NCBI GenBank assembly: GCA_031370005.1
Contig: JANMPT010000021.1
Coordinates: forward strand, 1-64,000
DNA from: Bdellovibrionales bacterium
Lineage (GTDB): Bacteria; Bdellovibrionota; Bdellovibrionia; Bdellovibrionales; Bdellovibrionaceae
DNA length: 64,000 nucleotides
Direction of reading: 5' to 3'
Shown: piece by piece, positions 18,633-28,329 of the stretch
How positions within the stretch are numbered: position 1 is the stretch's first letter
Layout of the letters: each line of letters starts with the position of its first letter
Translations under genes and position numbers: made by a program
Notes under the pieces: generated by a model
Seen by the model: only the letters and a program-made list of their open reading frames with translations
Databases searched by the model: none
Told to the model about the DNA's origin: nothing

Positions 18633-20201
18633 CTAATGTCTAAAGTGGCGATAGCCCGTGAAGGCCATGGCTATCTTGTGTTCGTTACAGGCAGCAATGA
18701 TTGTTGAATCTTTGATACTTCCTCCTGGTTGTACAATATAACGAATACCCGCACGAGCTGCAACATCCACTGAATCTCTAAATGGAAAGAAAGCATCACT
18801 AATCAATATGCAATCGTTGAGATCTGTTTTATTTAAGATACTTTGCGCACGAGGAATTGCTAACTTTTCCATGGCCTCAATGCGGTTCGGTTGTCCTTGT
18901 CCAGCCCCCACCATGCGATAATCGCCTTCACTGTCTGCTTGAACCAGACAAACAGAATTACTTTTCAAAGTTTTATTACAGAAGATCCCAAAGTGAGCAA
19001 GGGCATTCCACTTTGTTGGCCAAGCTACTTCGGTCACCCCATTAAGCGGCTCTTCAATTTGCTGGTCAAAGCTTTGAGTCAAAAGCCCACCAGCAACTGA
19101 CATTTGCATAAAAGAAGAATCCAAGTCCCAGTGCCTTACCATGACCGCCTTTAAGTTTTTTCTCTGATTTAAAAGCTCTTTTAAATCCGTGGATTTTAAT
19201 CTCGGGGCTGAAATTAGCTCCACAAAACGACTCTGGAAGTAATCAAGAATTTCAGTCGAGACCTCATCAGTGAAAATCAGAACTCCACCAAACGCTGACA
19301 CCGGGTCACAGGCCCAAGCTTTTTCAAGAGCACGGAGCTGAGCTTTTGGCGCTGACTTAGACACCGTAGCCACTCCACAAGGATTGTTGTGTTTAACAAT
19401 TACCACGCTGGTTCTATCGGGGAAGGCGGCTTTAAGATCGCGAGCCAAAAAGTAAGCAGAAGAAAGATCCACAATATTATTATAAGAAAGCTCAGTAGAA
19501 GTTAGAGGGTGATTCCAGTCTAATGGTGAATTCCTGTGAGTTTTCAAAGATGCTTTTTGATGAGGATTCTCCCCATATCTCAAAGTTTTTTTCTCGGTGC
19601 CAAATACAGATTGAATGCTTAAATCGTAATCAGTTACCAAATCCCATGCTTGAGCTGCAACTTTCTTTGCCGTTGCCTGATCAATGCCCCCCTGAGAGCT
19701 TAACTGTGTGATCACTTCTGCATATTGGCCGGGGTCTGTGAGCACCACTACATCTGGCGCATTCTTTGCTGCCGCCCTTACCAATGCTGGCCCTCCAATA
19801 TCAATAAGCTCTACAAGTTCTGCACGGGAAAGATTCTTATCCAAATTTTTTTGAAAAGGATAGAAATTTACTACAACTGCATCCAAGAGCTTAATATTAA
19901 GCCTTTCCCAATCCAATTTATCTTTCATATCGGTACGCCGAGCAAGAATTCCAGAAAAAATTTTAAAGGACAAGGTCTTCATTCTCCCCTGAAAGGCCTC
20001 TGGAGTCTCTGCAAGTTCTTCCGCCAGTCGGCACGGAATTTTAGCTTCTTGCAAAACTTTAAAAGTCCCTCCGGAAGCATACAGCTCAGCGCCTGCTCGA
20101 TGCATTGCCTGGGCTAAATCAACCAGACCTGTTTTATCAGAAACACTAAGCAATACTCTGTGAATTTTTACAGTCGTATTAACTCCATTGCTTACAGACA
20201 T
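18633..20201 (-). CDS. purH: Bifunctional AICAR transformylase/IMP cyclohydrolase
   Basis: LLSVSDKTG, IDIGGP, LRYGENPHQ, LSYNN, KHNNPCG, SDAFFPF, QPGGS, C-terminal RHFRH. Confidence 0.96.
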   Translation of the reverse strand: MSVSNGVNTTVKIHRVLLSVSDKTGLVDLAQAMHRAGAELYASGGTFKVLQEAKIPCRLAEELAETPEAFQGRMKTLSFKIFSGILARRTDMKDKLDWERLNIKLLDAVVVNFYPFQKNLDKNLSRAELVELIDIGGPALVRAAAKNAPDVVVLTDPGQYAEVITQLSSQGGIDQATAKKVAAQAWDLVTDYDLSIQSVFGTEKKTLRYGENPHQKASLKTHRNSPLDWNHPLTSTELSYNNIVDLSSAYFLARDLKAAFPDRTSVVIVKHNNPCGVATVSKSAPKAQLRALEKAWACDPVSAFGGVLIFTDEVSTEILDYFQSRFVELISAPRLKSTDLKELLNQRKNLKAVMVRHWDLDSSFMQMSVAGGLLTQSFDQQIEEPLNGVTEVAWPTKWNALAHFGIFCNKTLKSNSVCLVQADSEGDYRMVGAGQGQPNRIEAMEKLAIPRAQSILNKTDLNDCILISDAFFPFRDSVDVAARAGIRYIVQPGGSIKDSTIIAACNEHKIAMAFTGYRHFRH

Positions 20202-20929
20202 GAGACCTCCGCATAGGCATTTTTAAAAAATGTCATTCCTATTCCCTCTTCCTGTGCTTTTTCAGGGTGCATCGTCCATTGCGGATTTTGCGTTTGGCGA
20301 ATCGCCGCCTCAGGGTGAGGCATCAAACCAAAAATCCGCCCCGACAAATTTGAGAGCCCCGCTATTAACTGAGTGCTGCCATTAACATCTTCGCTATACT
20401 GAAGACTCACTTTAAAATCTGGACTGTTAAAGACATCTACAGAAGAATCAAAAAGCAATCGTCCTTCGCCATGTCGTATCGGCAAATATATCTCGTCAGA
20501 CTTATCTAGAAAAATATTTGATGCTGATGTTTTTTTAACACCAACCCAACGGTTGATAAATTTATTCTGAATATTGTGCGTGATTGAGACTTTATTCCCA
20601 AAAACTCCCATGGCAATTAAGGCTTGAAAACCATTGCATACACCAAGAACGACTCCGCCATTTATTGAGAAATCTTCAAGATCCCAGTTAAGACCCTTCG
20701 TAAGTTTCAAAGCCAAAACACGACCTGATCCCAAATGATCGCCAAAAGAAAATCCTCCAGGTAAAAAAAGAGCACGGTATTCTTTTTTAAGATTCTCTTG
20801 GGAAAACTTCCTTTGAATCAAGTCATTGATATTAACAGTATCTACAACAAAGCCCGCCAAACGAGCAGCATGAGTCATTTCTTGCTCACAATTGATTCCG
20901 TCTCCTGATAAAACTAAGGCTTTAATCAT
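20192..20929 (-). CDS. purQ: FGAM synthase glutamine amidotransferase subunit
   Basis: GINCE, PGGFSFGD, GVCNGFQ, HGEG, GLMPHPE. Confidence 0.95.
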   Translation of the reverse strand: MIKALVLSGDGINCEQEMTHAARLAGFVVDTVNINDLIQRKFSQENLKKEYRALFLPGGFSFGDHLGSGRVLALKLTKGLNWDLEDFSINGGVVLGVCNGFQALIAMGVFGNKVSITHNIQNKFINRWVGVKKTSASNIFLDKSDEIYLPIRHGEGRLLFDSSVDVFNSPDFKVSLQYSEDVNGSTQLIAGLSNLSGRIFGLMPHPEAAIRQTQNPQWTMHPEKAQEEGIGMTFFKNAYAEVSCL

Positions 20930-23877
20930 AAGCTCTCCTGACTCCAAGCTTGGTATAATTCTTCAACCTCTATGCTTTGTGATTGCCACTTCCAATCCGG
21001 TGTTGATGTCAAAGTTCCAATATCAACAAAATCGATGTCATTCTTTTTCCAAAGTGCTTCAGCAGTAGCAGCTTTTTCAGCTGAGACACTTACAATAAAT
21101 TGATGAAAACCTTCTCCGAATGAGGTTTTTGCGAGATTTAGATCCATGTCAGATTTAAACTTCAGGCCTAAGTTATTGGTAAAACAGCTTTCCGCCAGAG
21201 CAGTTAAAAGCCCGCCTTCACTAAGGTCATGGGCTGAGCGAAGATATTCGCTCGATTCTTTAGATCCTAGCCACTCATACAAAGGCAATGCCCTCGGCCA
21301 GTCTGGTATAGCTGCTGCGACACTCTTAATTTCAGCATGCAGTCCATGCCACTCGCTCTGAGCTAAGCCCAACTGAGGAGGGCCTAGTTTGTAAACTTTG
21401 TCTCCGGCGATTTTAAAATCCGCAGAACGAGCGAGTTTATAATCAGGCATTCTGCCCATTGCAGTTACTAGCAAGGTTGGAAGCACAGAGATCCTAACAG
21501 CCTTACCATTTTGGGTCCCATTATAATCATTCTTCATACTGTCTTTTCCTGAAATCAGCGGAACTTTCAGCGCCAGGCAGGCCTCACGCAGTCCAAAGCA
21601 GGTTCGCACGAGCGCCGCCATTTTCTCAGCGTCCTCCACTGGATCAGGCCAACAAAAATTATCGATCAAAGATAAAACTGTTTCATCACGTAAAGAAAAT
21701 TCAGCACCAACACATAAAACATTTCTAATAGCTTCATCCACTGCAGCTTGAGCCATAATATAGGGATCAACTATCGATAATCTTGGATTTAATCCACAAC
21801 CAACAACTACGCCGATAAAATTATTATATGACAGAGCTAAAACAGCCGCATCGTTGGGACTCGATCTTTGCTCTTTTGACGTTTGCAGTGATTTTATCAC
21901 GGAGCGACCTTGCACTTCGTGATCGTACTGCCGAATTAAATTCTCTTTGCTGCGAATGTTGGGTCTTTTTAAAATCGCCTTAAGAATTTGAAAAGGATTT
22001 TCATTATATTGCTCTGAAATTATTTGTGGTTTTTTTTCAATCCAATGAGCTTTTAATTGCAGCGTCGGAGCCCCTTCATGCAAAAACTGCAGACTTAAAT
22101 CTGCAACTTTATTTTCTGCGTAGAAAACTTCGAAACGGCCAGTATTGGTAAACTCACCAAGAAGACTGACCTCCACACCACGACGTTGTGCAAGTTCAAG
22201 AAAAGCTTTTTTGTCTTTCGGCGGGACAGCCACAGTCATTCTCTCCTGAGACTCGCTGATCACAAGTTCGAAGGGCTTTAAACCTGGCATTTTTGTCTTC
22301 GCCAACGAAACATCCATGCGTGCACCGCCGGATATCTCAGCCATCTCCCCGACTGAGGACGATAGCCCCCCAGCACCATTATCAGTAAGTGTACGATAAA
22401 GTCCCAAATCGCGAGCTTCTATTAGAAAATCTGTCATTCGCCGTTGAGTGATAGGGTCCCCAAGCTGAACCACGCTTGAAGGAATTGACTCAGTCATTTC
22501 TAATGATGAAAATGTCGCACCATGAATTCCATCCCGACCAATGCGTCCACCCACCATACAAATTAAATCACCATTTTCGATTTTTTTCTCCGCACATATT
22601 TTATCAGCTATTTTTCTCGGCATAATTCCACCAGAACCACAAAACACAAGTGGCTTTCCAATAAAAGAAGCGTCAAAGTAGAGAGCGCCGTTAACTGTGG
22701 GAATGCCACTCTGATTTCCACCAGCTTCAACCCCGCTTCGAATTCCTTCAAGCAATTGCACAGGAGGAATAATCCCTACTGGAAGACCCTTCTTCATTTC
22801 CAGTGGCCCCACGCAAAAAACATTTGTATTAAAGAAAGGTTTAGCGCCAAAACCACATCCCAAAATATCACGATTTACGCCTACGATTCCAGTGATTGCG
22901 CCACCGAAAGGATCTAAGGCCGAGGGTGAATTGTGAGTTTCAACCTTAATACAAACAGCTTCATCTTCACTGAATGCTACAATTCCTGCATTGTCTTTAA
23001 ATACAGAAAGAAGCCATGGTTTCGGAATCTCCTTAGTGGTACCGGCAATTGTTGTCTTGAAAAGACCAAAAATTTTCTTAGAGATATTCTTACTCTGAAA
23101 AGACTCTTGGAAGTTCTCTTCTGAATACTCTACGACAGCAGCAAAAATTTTGTGTTTACAATGCTCAGACCAGGTTTGAGCCAAAATTTCAACTTCGACA
23201 TCTGTCGGATTGCGTTTTGCAGTTATAAAATAACTTTGAATTGCCTTCATTTCTAATAAGTTCAGCGATAGAAGGTTTTTTTTACTTAACTCTAACAGCT
23301 CACTCTCGCACATTCCCAAAATCGGAATACATTCTGCTTTTGGAACTTCCCCGAGTTGAGTTATAAATTTTGGAAAAATTTCCGAAGACTCAAAACGGGC
23401 ATATTTTGCAAATTCATCTTGAGAGTATATGCGATGACAGTGAATCAAAGAATTTGAAATAAAACTAACAGTGATCTTTTCAATATCTTCTTTTAAAATT
23501 TCTGAGCCTACAAATAAATAAGCTTGCCCAGAAACTACTTGGCTATCAGGAAGTTCACGACGATGACAAATTTCAAGAGCCTCTAAACCAGTACGTCCTA
23601 AGTTGTCAGTCATCCCAGAATGAAGTTCGCGCTCTACAATCCAATGACTTTCGGGCCAGTTTTTCTGCTGAAGGACATCATCCCACCAAATATCTTTTTC
23701 TGCTTGGTTAAAGTCACTACTATCACCCTCATATTTTGTCCAAAAAATATTCACAACTCGGAGATCCTGAATTTTCTGAGAAAGAGACAAATCCCATTCC
23801 TTAATTATTTCTAAAAGTGCCATTCCTCTTGGGTCTTGCAGCGATTTCTTGAGAATGACTTCAGTGCGGTTGTACAT
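20926..23877 (-). CDS. purL: FGAM synthase synthetase subunit with long N-terminal PurS-like extension
   Basis: QTWSEHCKHKIF, KVETHNSPS, GRDGIHGA, DNGAGG, SESQERM, SGKDS, HDLSEGG; AAGGAG RBS before ATG 23877. Confidence 0.95.
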   Translation of the reverse strand: MYNRTEVILKKSLQDPRGMALLEIIKEWDLSLSQKIQDLRVVNIFWTKYEGDSSDFNQAEKDIWWDDVLQQKNWPESHWIVERELHSGMTDNLGRTGLEALEICHRRELPDSQVVSGQAYLFVGSEILKEDIEKITVSFISNSLIHCHRIYSQDEFAKYARFESSEIFPKFITQLGEVPKAECIPILGMCESELLELSKKNLLSLNLLEMKAIQSYFITAKRNPTDVEVEILAQTWSEHCKHKIFAAVVEYSEENFQESFQSKNISKKIFGLFKTTIAGTTKEIPKPWLLSVFKDNAGIVAFSEDEAVCIKVETHNSPSALDPFGGAITGIVGVNRDILGCGFGAKPFFNTNVFCVGPLEMKKGLPVGIIPPVQLLEGIRSGVEAGGNQSGIPTVNGALYFDASFIGKPLVFCGSGGIMPRKIADKICAEKKIENGDLICMVGGRIGRDGIHGATFSSLEMTESIPSSVVQLGDPITQRRMTDFLIEARDLGLYRTLTDNGAGGLSSSVGEMAEISGGARMDVSLAKTKMPGLKPFELVISESQERMTVAVPPKDKKAFLELAQRRGVEVSLLGEFTNTGRFEVFYAENKVADLSLQFLHEGAPTLQLKAHWIEKKPQIISEQYNENPFQILKAILKRPNIRSKENLIRQYDHEVQGRSVIKSLQTSKEQRSSPNDAAVLALSYNNFIGVVVGCGLNPRLSIVDPYIMAQAAVDEAIRNVLCVGAEFSLRDETVLSLIDNFCWPDPVEDAEKMAALVRTCFGLREACLALKVPLISGKDSMKNDYNGTQNGKAVRISVLPTLLVTAMGRMPDYKLARSADFKIAGDKVYKLGPPQLGLAQSEWHGLHAEIKSVAAAIPDWPRALPLYEWLGSKESSEYLRSAHDLSEGGLLTALAESCFTNNLGLKFKSDMDLNLAKTSFGEGFHQFIVSVSAEKAATAEALWKKNDIDFVDIGTLTSTPDWKWQSQSIEVEELYQAWSQESL

Positions 23878-24490
23878 GAAGCTTGGCTCCTTTTTTAAAA
23901 ATTTTAAACTGATCTTGAAGAATCCAGTGCAAGGTTCTTGGATAAAGTTCGTGTTCAACAGCAAGCCCTCGTTGTTCGACTTCGCCTACGCTTTTGCAGT
24001 CTGCGATTGAAAACTCATGCTGTGCGCAAATAGGTCCTGTATCCACTCCAGAATCCACAAAATGCACAGTCACACCTGTCCGCGGCAGCTTTTTTTCAAA
24101 AGCTTTTCTATAACTGTCTAACCCTGGAAATTCTGGCAACAAAGAGGGATGAATATTCACAATTCTTGCAAACCCACGAGGATCACTAAATGCATTAACG
24201 AATTCTGCCGAAAGAATTCGCATAAAACCCGCAAGCACGACGTAATCTAAATCTAGTTTTAAAAGAGCTGATTTAATTTTTGCCTGATCTTTTTCAATTA
24301 AAATTTCAAGGCCACGCTCCTTGGCTTTTTCTAAAACCAAAGCCTTCGGACGATCTGAAATTACTAGAACAATCTCAGCCACTAAGAGCTTTGCTTCAAT
24401 TGCGTTGGCAATTGCCTCAAAGTTCGAACCACGACCAGAGGCAAGAATAGCAATTCTTGGAATTGAACATATAACTAGCCCTGAATCCAT
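23861..24490 (-). CDS. purN: Phosphoribosylglycinamide formyltransferase
   Basis: ASGRGSN, LAGFMRIL, NIHPSLLP, GVTVHFVD.GVDTGPI. Confidence 0.96.
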   Translation of the reverse strand: MDSGLVICSIPRIAILASGRGSNFEAIANAIEAKLLVAEIVLVISDRPKALVLEKAKERGLEILIEKDQAKIKSALLKLDLDYVVLAGFMRILSAEFVNAFSDPRGFARIVNIHPSLLPEFPGLDSYRKAFEKKLPRTGVTVHFVDSGVDTGPICAQHEFSIADCKSVGEVEQRGLAVEHELYPRTLHWILQDQFKIFKKGAKLHVQPH

Positions 24491-25776
24491 TCAGCTCCAA
24501 CTCCTTCACGATATTGCATGCCCTCAAAATCAATTTCTTTAAGATTGTTAAAAGCATTTTTACGAGCTTCTTTGATAGTAGCTCCTAAACCCAAAGCGCC
24601 AAGCACTCGTCCTCCGGAAGTAACCCATTGGCCATCCTGTTTTTTCACGCCAGAAAAAAAGCCATGAAAAGATTTAAGCCAGGCTTCGATACCGGCAATG
24701 GGTTTTCCAAGAGATGCCTCACTAGGATAGCCTGGAGCTGCGGCCACAACATACACAGCGACCTGCGAAGACATAGGAACTAAGCTTGGCTTTTGATGAA
24801 GATTTCCTGCAGCACAAGCCTCGCACCATTCTAAAAGATCGTCAGTCATAAGTGGTAACAAAGCTTGCGCTTCAGGATCTCCAAATCGCGCATTAAACTC
24901 TAAAACCCGAAAATCATCACCTTCCAGCATCAAGCCTGCGTATAAAATTCCTTTGTAAGGAGTTCCCATCTTTTTCATTTCGCGAAGTATCGGTAAAAAA
25001 ACAGTATCACGAATTCTTAATGCAAGCTTTGAGTCATTTAGAGGCACGGGGCAAACAGCCCCCATTCCTCCGGTATTTGGGCTCATTGGGTCTTCAGTTA
25101 AAGTTTTATAGTCCCGAGCCGGAGCTAAAAGCGAACAGGTATTGCCGTCACAAAATCCTAGCCATGAAATTTCTTTTCCACTCAAGCGCTCTTCAATCAC
25201 AAAAGTATTTGAAAATTTTTGCAAACGAACAAGAGCGCTCAGTGCTTGCTCTTGGGTTTCACAGATTTCAACCCCTTTACCAAGGGCCAAGCCATCTGCC
25301 TTGATTACCCATTGTTTTTTTTGCCAATTCAAATCTAAAAGAAGTTTTTTTGCTTCGTTCACTGAATAAACACTATAGCCCTCTGCCGTTGGGATTTCTG
25401 CTGCTTGCATTACTTTTTTAGCAAATATTTTGCTGCTTTCTAAGCGAGCAGCAGCTTGTCGAGGTCCAAAAATAGCCAGGCCTTCCCGCTCAAAGATGTC
25501 CACTGCACCATCTGCCAAAACGCCGTCAGGCCCAACCACCACAAAGTCAATTTTTTGTTCTTTACTTTTCTTAGCAAGACTTACGAGAGCGGCCTGTCCC
25601 TTTAAAGAATCTGTCCAAGCAGAAACCGATTTCTCCATAAATTGATTTTGCAATTGCAGGATTGCTGCCGCATTTTCCGGAACCATAACCAAAGTTTGCA
25701 CACGCACCGACTCTAAAAGTTTCCAAGCTAATGCGTGCTCTCTTCCTCCAGAGCCCAGGACTAGAATTTTCATCAT
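24475..25776 (-). CDS. purD: Phosphoribosylamine-glycine ligase
   Basis: GSGGREHAL, KADGLA.GKGV, NTGGMG, EFNARFGDPE, GGRVL. Confidence 0.96.
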   Translation of the reverse strand: MMKILVLGSGGREHALAWKLLESVRVQTLVMVPENAAAILQLQNQFMEKSVSAWTDSLKGQAALVSLAKKSKEQKIDFVVVGPDGVLADGAVDIFEREGLAIFGPRQAAARLESSKIFAKKVMQAAEIPTAEGYSVYSVNEAKKLLLDLNWQKKQWVIKADGLALGKGVEICETQEQALSALVRLQKFSNTFVIEERLSGKEISWLGFCDGNTCSLLAPARDYKTLTEDPMSPNTGGMGAVCPVPLNDSKLALRIRDTVFLPILREMKKMGTPYKGILYAGLMLEGDDFRVLEFNARFGDPEAQALLPLMTDDLLEWCEACAAGNLHQKPSLVPMSSQVAVYVVAAAPGYPSEASLGKPIAGIEAWLKSFHGFFSGVKKQDGQWVTSGGRVLGALGLGATIKEARKNAFNNLKEIDFEGMQYREGVGAEWIQG

Positions 25777-26780
25777 GAGACTCCATCAATATATACGATC
25801 ATATCTTTAATAACATGATCAAGGTCAGAACAGGGGAAGACCCGCTCTTCAACAATTTCATTCACCAATGATTGATAAATCTCGCTAACCAAACATTTTA
25901 AACTCGCCGGCAATGGGGGTGGAGGTTTTACCAAAGTCTTCCAGTCGGTATAACCGCTAACTTCACCTTCTGCTTTGGCATTCTCAAGTTCCCTATACCA
26001 TGGTGTCTTTCTATAAAATTCACGGAGTAATTCTTTTGAAAGCTGTAAGCCTTGTTTTTCTAGCCGCATCTCATCGGGACCAATGGCATCAACGAGAATG
26101 ATTTCATTTTCCTTAGATAGACCCCATTCGAGTTTTCCATCTAATAAACGAATATTTTTTTCACTAAACCAAGACTTTAGAAGCAGAGATACTTCGGTAG
26201 TTTTAGAAATTACCTCGTTAAATTGGACCTGTGTTAAACCACTAATTTTAAGAGCCTCTTTGTCAGACAAAGGACGATCCTTATCCTCTAGTTTTGTAAA
26301 CATCTCAATGAATGGCACTTGAAATACATCACCAATTTGATAATTCTTTTCAGCATGTCTTTTAATAAAGGAACTGCCAGCACAAACTTCAAAACGAAAA
26401 ACCACTTCCAAAGGAATCAAAAATGGTTTTTCCATGGTTTTAGGGTAGGCATAGTAACTTCGACCCTTTTCAATAATGCGTACGGGACGAGTGACTTCAA
26501 TTTTTTCAACTAGAACACATCGTTCGCCATCAAAACCACGATAGTGAGTCTTTACACCGCAGGACTCAAGTCTTTCAAATAATACTGACATAAGTTTTGC
26601 TAAACCCAGCCCCTTAAAAGGAATGGCGTCAGGCATCTTACCCCAATCAAAAACTGAATAATCATCGGTGAACTCAAAAATTAGATTTGCAGAGACATTA
26701 GAAGAAAAGATCCTTTTAACCGAACCTTCGTACATCAAGCTGTTCTTGCTAAATCTATTTGCAAGCACTCCGGTCCTCAT
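25773..26780 (-). CDS. purC: SAICAR synthetase (long type); start could also be GTG 26768 or ATG 26735
   Basis: YEGSVK, FTDDYSVFDWG, IPLEVVFR, TKLE, DGKLE, DAIGPDE.R, LSKE.LR. Confidence 0.92.
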   Translation of the reverse strand: MRTGVLANRFSKNSLMYEGSVKRIFSSNVSANLIFEFTDDYSVFDWGKMPDAIPFKGLGLAKLMSVLFERLESCGVKTHYRGFDGERCVLVEKIEVTRPVRIIEKGRSYYAYPKTMEKPFLIPLEVVFRFEVCAGSSFIKRHAEKNYQIGDVFQVPFIEMFTKLEDKDRPLSDKEALKISGLTQVQFNEVISKTTEVSLLLKSWFSEKNIRLLDGKLEWGLSKENEIILVDAIGPDEMRLEKQGLQLSKELLREFYRKTPWYRELENAKAEGEVSGYTDWKTLVKPPPPLPASLKCLVSEIYQSLVNEIVEERVFPCSDLDHVIKDMIVYIDGVS

Positions 26781-28218
26781 TTCTAGATTGAATTAATTCC
26801 CTCACTCCATCAATGGCCGTCGGATACTGGCCGTTCAAACAAGCCATACATGGAGTGATATTTTTATTTGGAAAAATAGCGTCTCTCAATGCTTCTATTT
26901 CCTGATAAATAACTCCGTCTGCACCTAACTCTTTTTCCAAACTCTGTAGTGTTTTGTTATTTGCAAGAAGCTCATTCTCCATCGGAAAGTCGATACCATA
27001 GAAGCATGGATGTTTGATCGGCGGACATGTCGCTGCAAAGTAAACCTCCTTGGCTCCGGCCATACGCACAAGCTCAATCAGTTTTCGCGAAGTTGTTCCT
27101 CGCACAATCGAATCATCAACCAATAAAACTCGCTTGTCTTTGATCTCAGAATAGACCGGTGCTAACTTCAAATGAACTGCCTGCTCACGCTTGTCCTGGC
27201 TATCTAAAATAAAAGTACGAGTAATATAACGATTCTTAATCAAGACTTCACGATAGGGTACTTTGAGCTCCTCAGCTAATGCAATTGCTGCTATCCGCGC
27301 AGTTTCTGGAACCGGCACAACGATATCGAACTCAATATTGTCCTTCTTCATACGCTTAAGTACCGAATCCGCCATTTTTTTTCCGAGTTCGATTCGAGCC
27401 TTGTAAACGGGACTGCCTTCAATTTCAGAAGTCGGCGAAGCAAAGTAAACCCACTCAAACATACAAGGGCGATGTTCCATAGTGCGAAGCCGCCTTCTTT
27501 CAATCACTCCTGCCATAGAAATAGCGACCATTTCTCCAGGCAAGATATCCTCAAAGTGATCATAGCCCAAAAAAGACAATGCGGTACTCTCCGAGGCCAC
27601 AGCATAAGAAGTTTTTCCGTCCACTTCTTGGCGAGTCCCCATCACTAAAGGACGAAAGCCATGGGGGTCGCGAAAGGCAATAAGACCATACCCAGCTACC
27701 ATTGAAACAATGCTATAACTTCCTATGGTTTTTTCAAAAACAAAAGAGACGGCAGAGCAAAGATCATCAAAGCTAGGAGCGCTCTTCTGTGAATTCTCAG
27801 CAAGTCCCTCAGCAAAAAGATTAATAATATTTTCAGTGTCAGAGTCTGCCAAGGGTTGACGCTGATATTTCGTGCGAAGCTCTTGAGTCAGTGCGCGGAA
27901 ATTCACAAGATTCCCATTATGAACAAGGCCGATACCATAGGGATAGTTTAGTAAAAAAGGCTGGACGTTCCTCAATTCACTTTTGCCCGCAGTCCCATAA
28001 CGGACGTGACCAATAGCGATCTCACCGGTTAGCGAATGCATATTTTCTTTGGTGAAAATATTTTCCACCAGCCCCAGATTTCTCACATAATGAAAACCAG
28101 AGTCATCATAGGTCAAAATACCTGCAGCATCTTGACCACGATGTTGAAGTAAACTTAAGCCCCTCAATGCTTTTGCGGAAGCCTGGCTAGTGCCAATGAG
28201 TCCTATGACTCCACACAT
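26755..28218 (-). CDS. purF: Amidophosphoribosyltransferase
   Basis: N-terminal MCG, LQHRGQD, GHVRY, HNGN, CMFEWVYF, VDDSIVRGTTS, CFYGID, CMAC (Fe-S type); AAGGAGG RBS. Confidence 0.97.
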   Translation of the reverse strand: MCGVIGLIGTSQASAKALRGLSLLQHRGQDAAGILTYDDSGFHYVRNLGLVENIFTKENMHSLTGEIAIGHVRYGTAGKSELRNVQPFLLNYPYGIGLVHNGNLVNFRALTQELRTKYQRQPLADSDTENIINLFAEGLAENSQKSAPSFDDLCSAVSFVFEKTIGSYSIVSMVAGYGLIAFRDPHGFRPLVMGTRQEVDGKTSYAVASESTALSFLGYDHFEDILPGEMVAISMAGVIERRRLRTMEHRPCMFEWVYFASPTSEIEGSPVYKARIELGKKMADSVLKRMKKDNIEFDIVVPVPETARIAAIALAEELKVPYREVLIKNRYITRTFILDSQDKREQAVHLKLAPVYSEIKDKRVLLVDDSIVRGTTSRKLIELVRMAGAKEVYFAATCPPIKHPCFYGIDFPMENELLANNKTLQSLEKELGADGVIYQEIEALRDAIFPNKNITPCMACLNGQYPTAIDGVRELIQSRNEDRSACK

Positions 28219-28329
28219 CAGTCCTCCTTATTTATATTTTGGAATAGGCATACGCTAGCAGAATGCTATCTTAATATAAAGCAAACAAATGTTAGGGTTG
28301 CGTCAAGACAAGAGGCGCCATTTAAATCA

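Noticed and set aside
28219..28329. Purine, ZTP or PRPP riboswitch upstream of purF
   Set aside because: The 111-bp AT-rich spacer has no recognisable aptamer motif or terminator.
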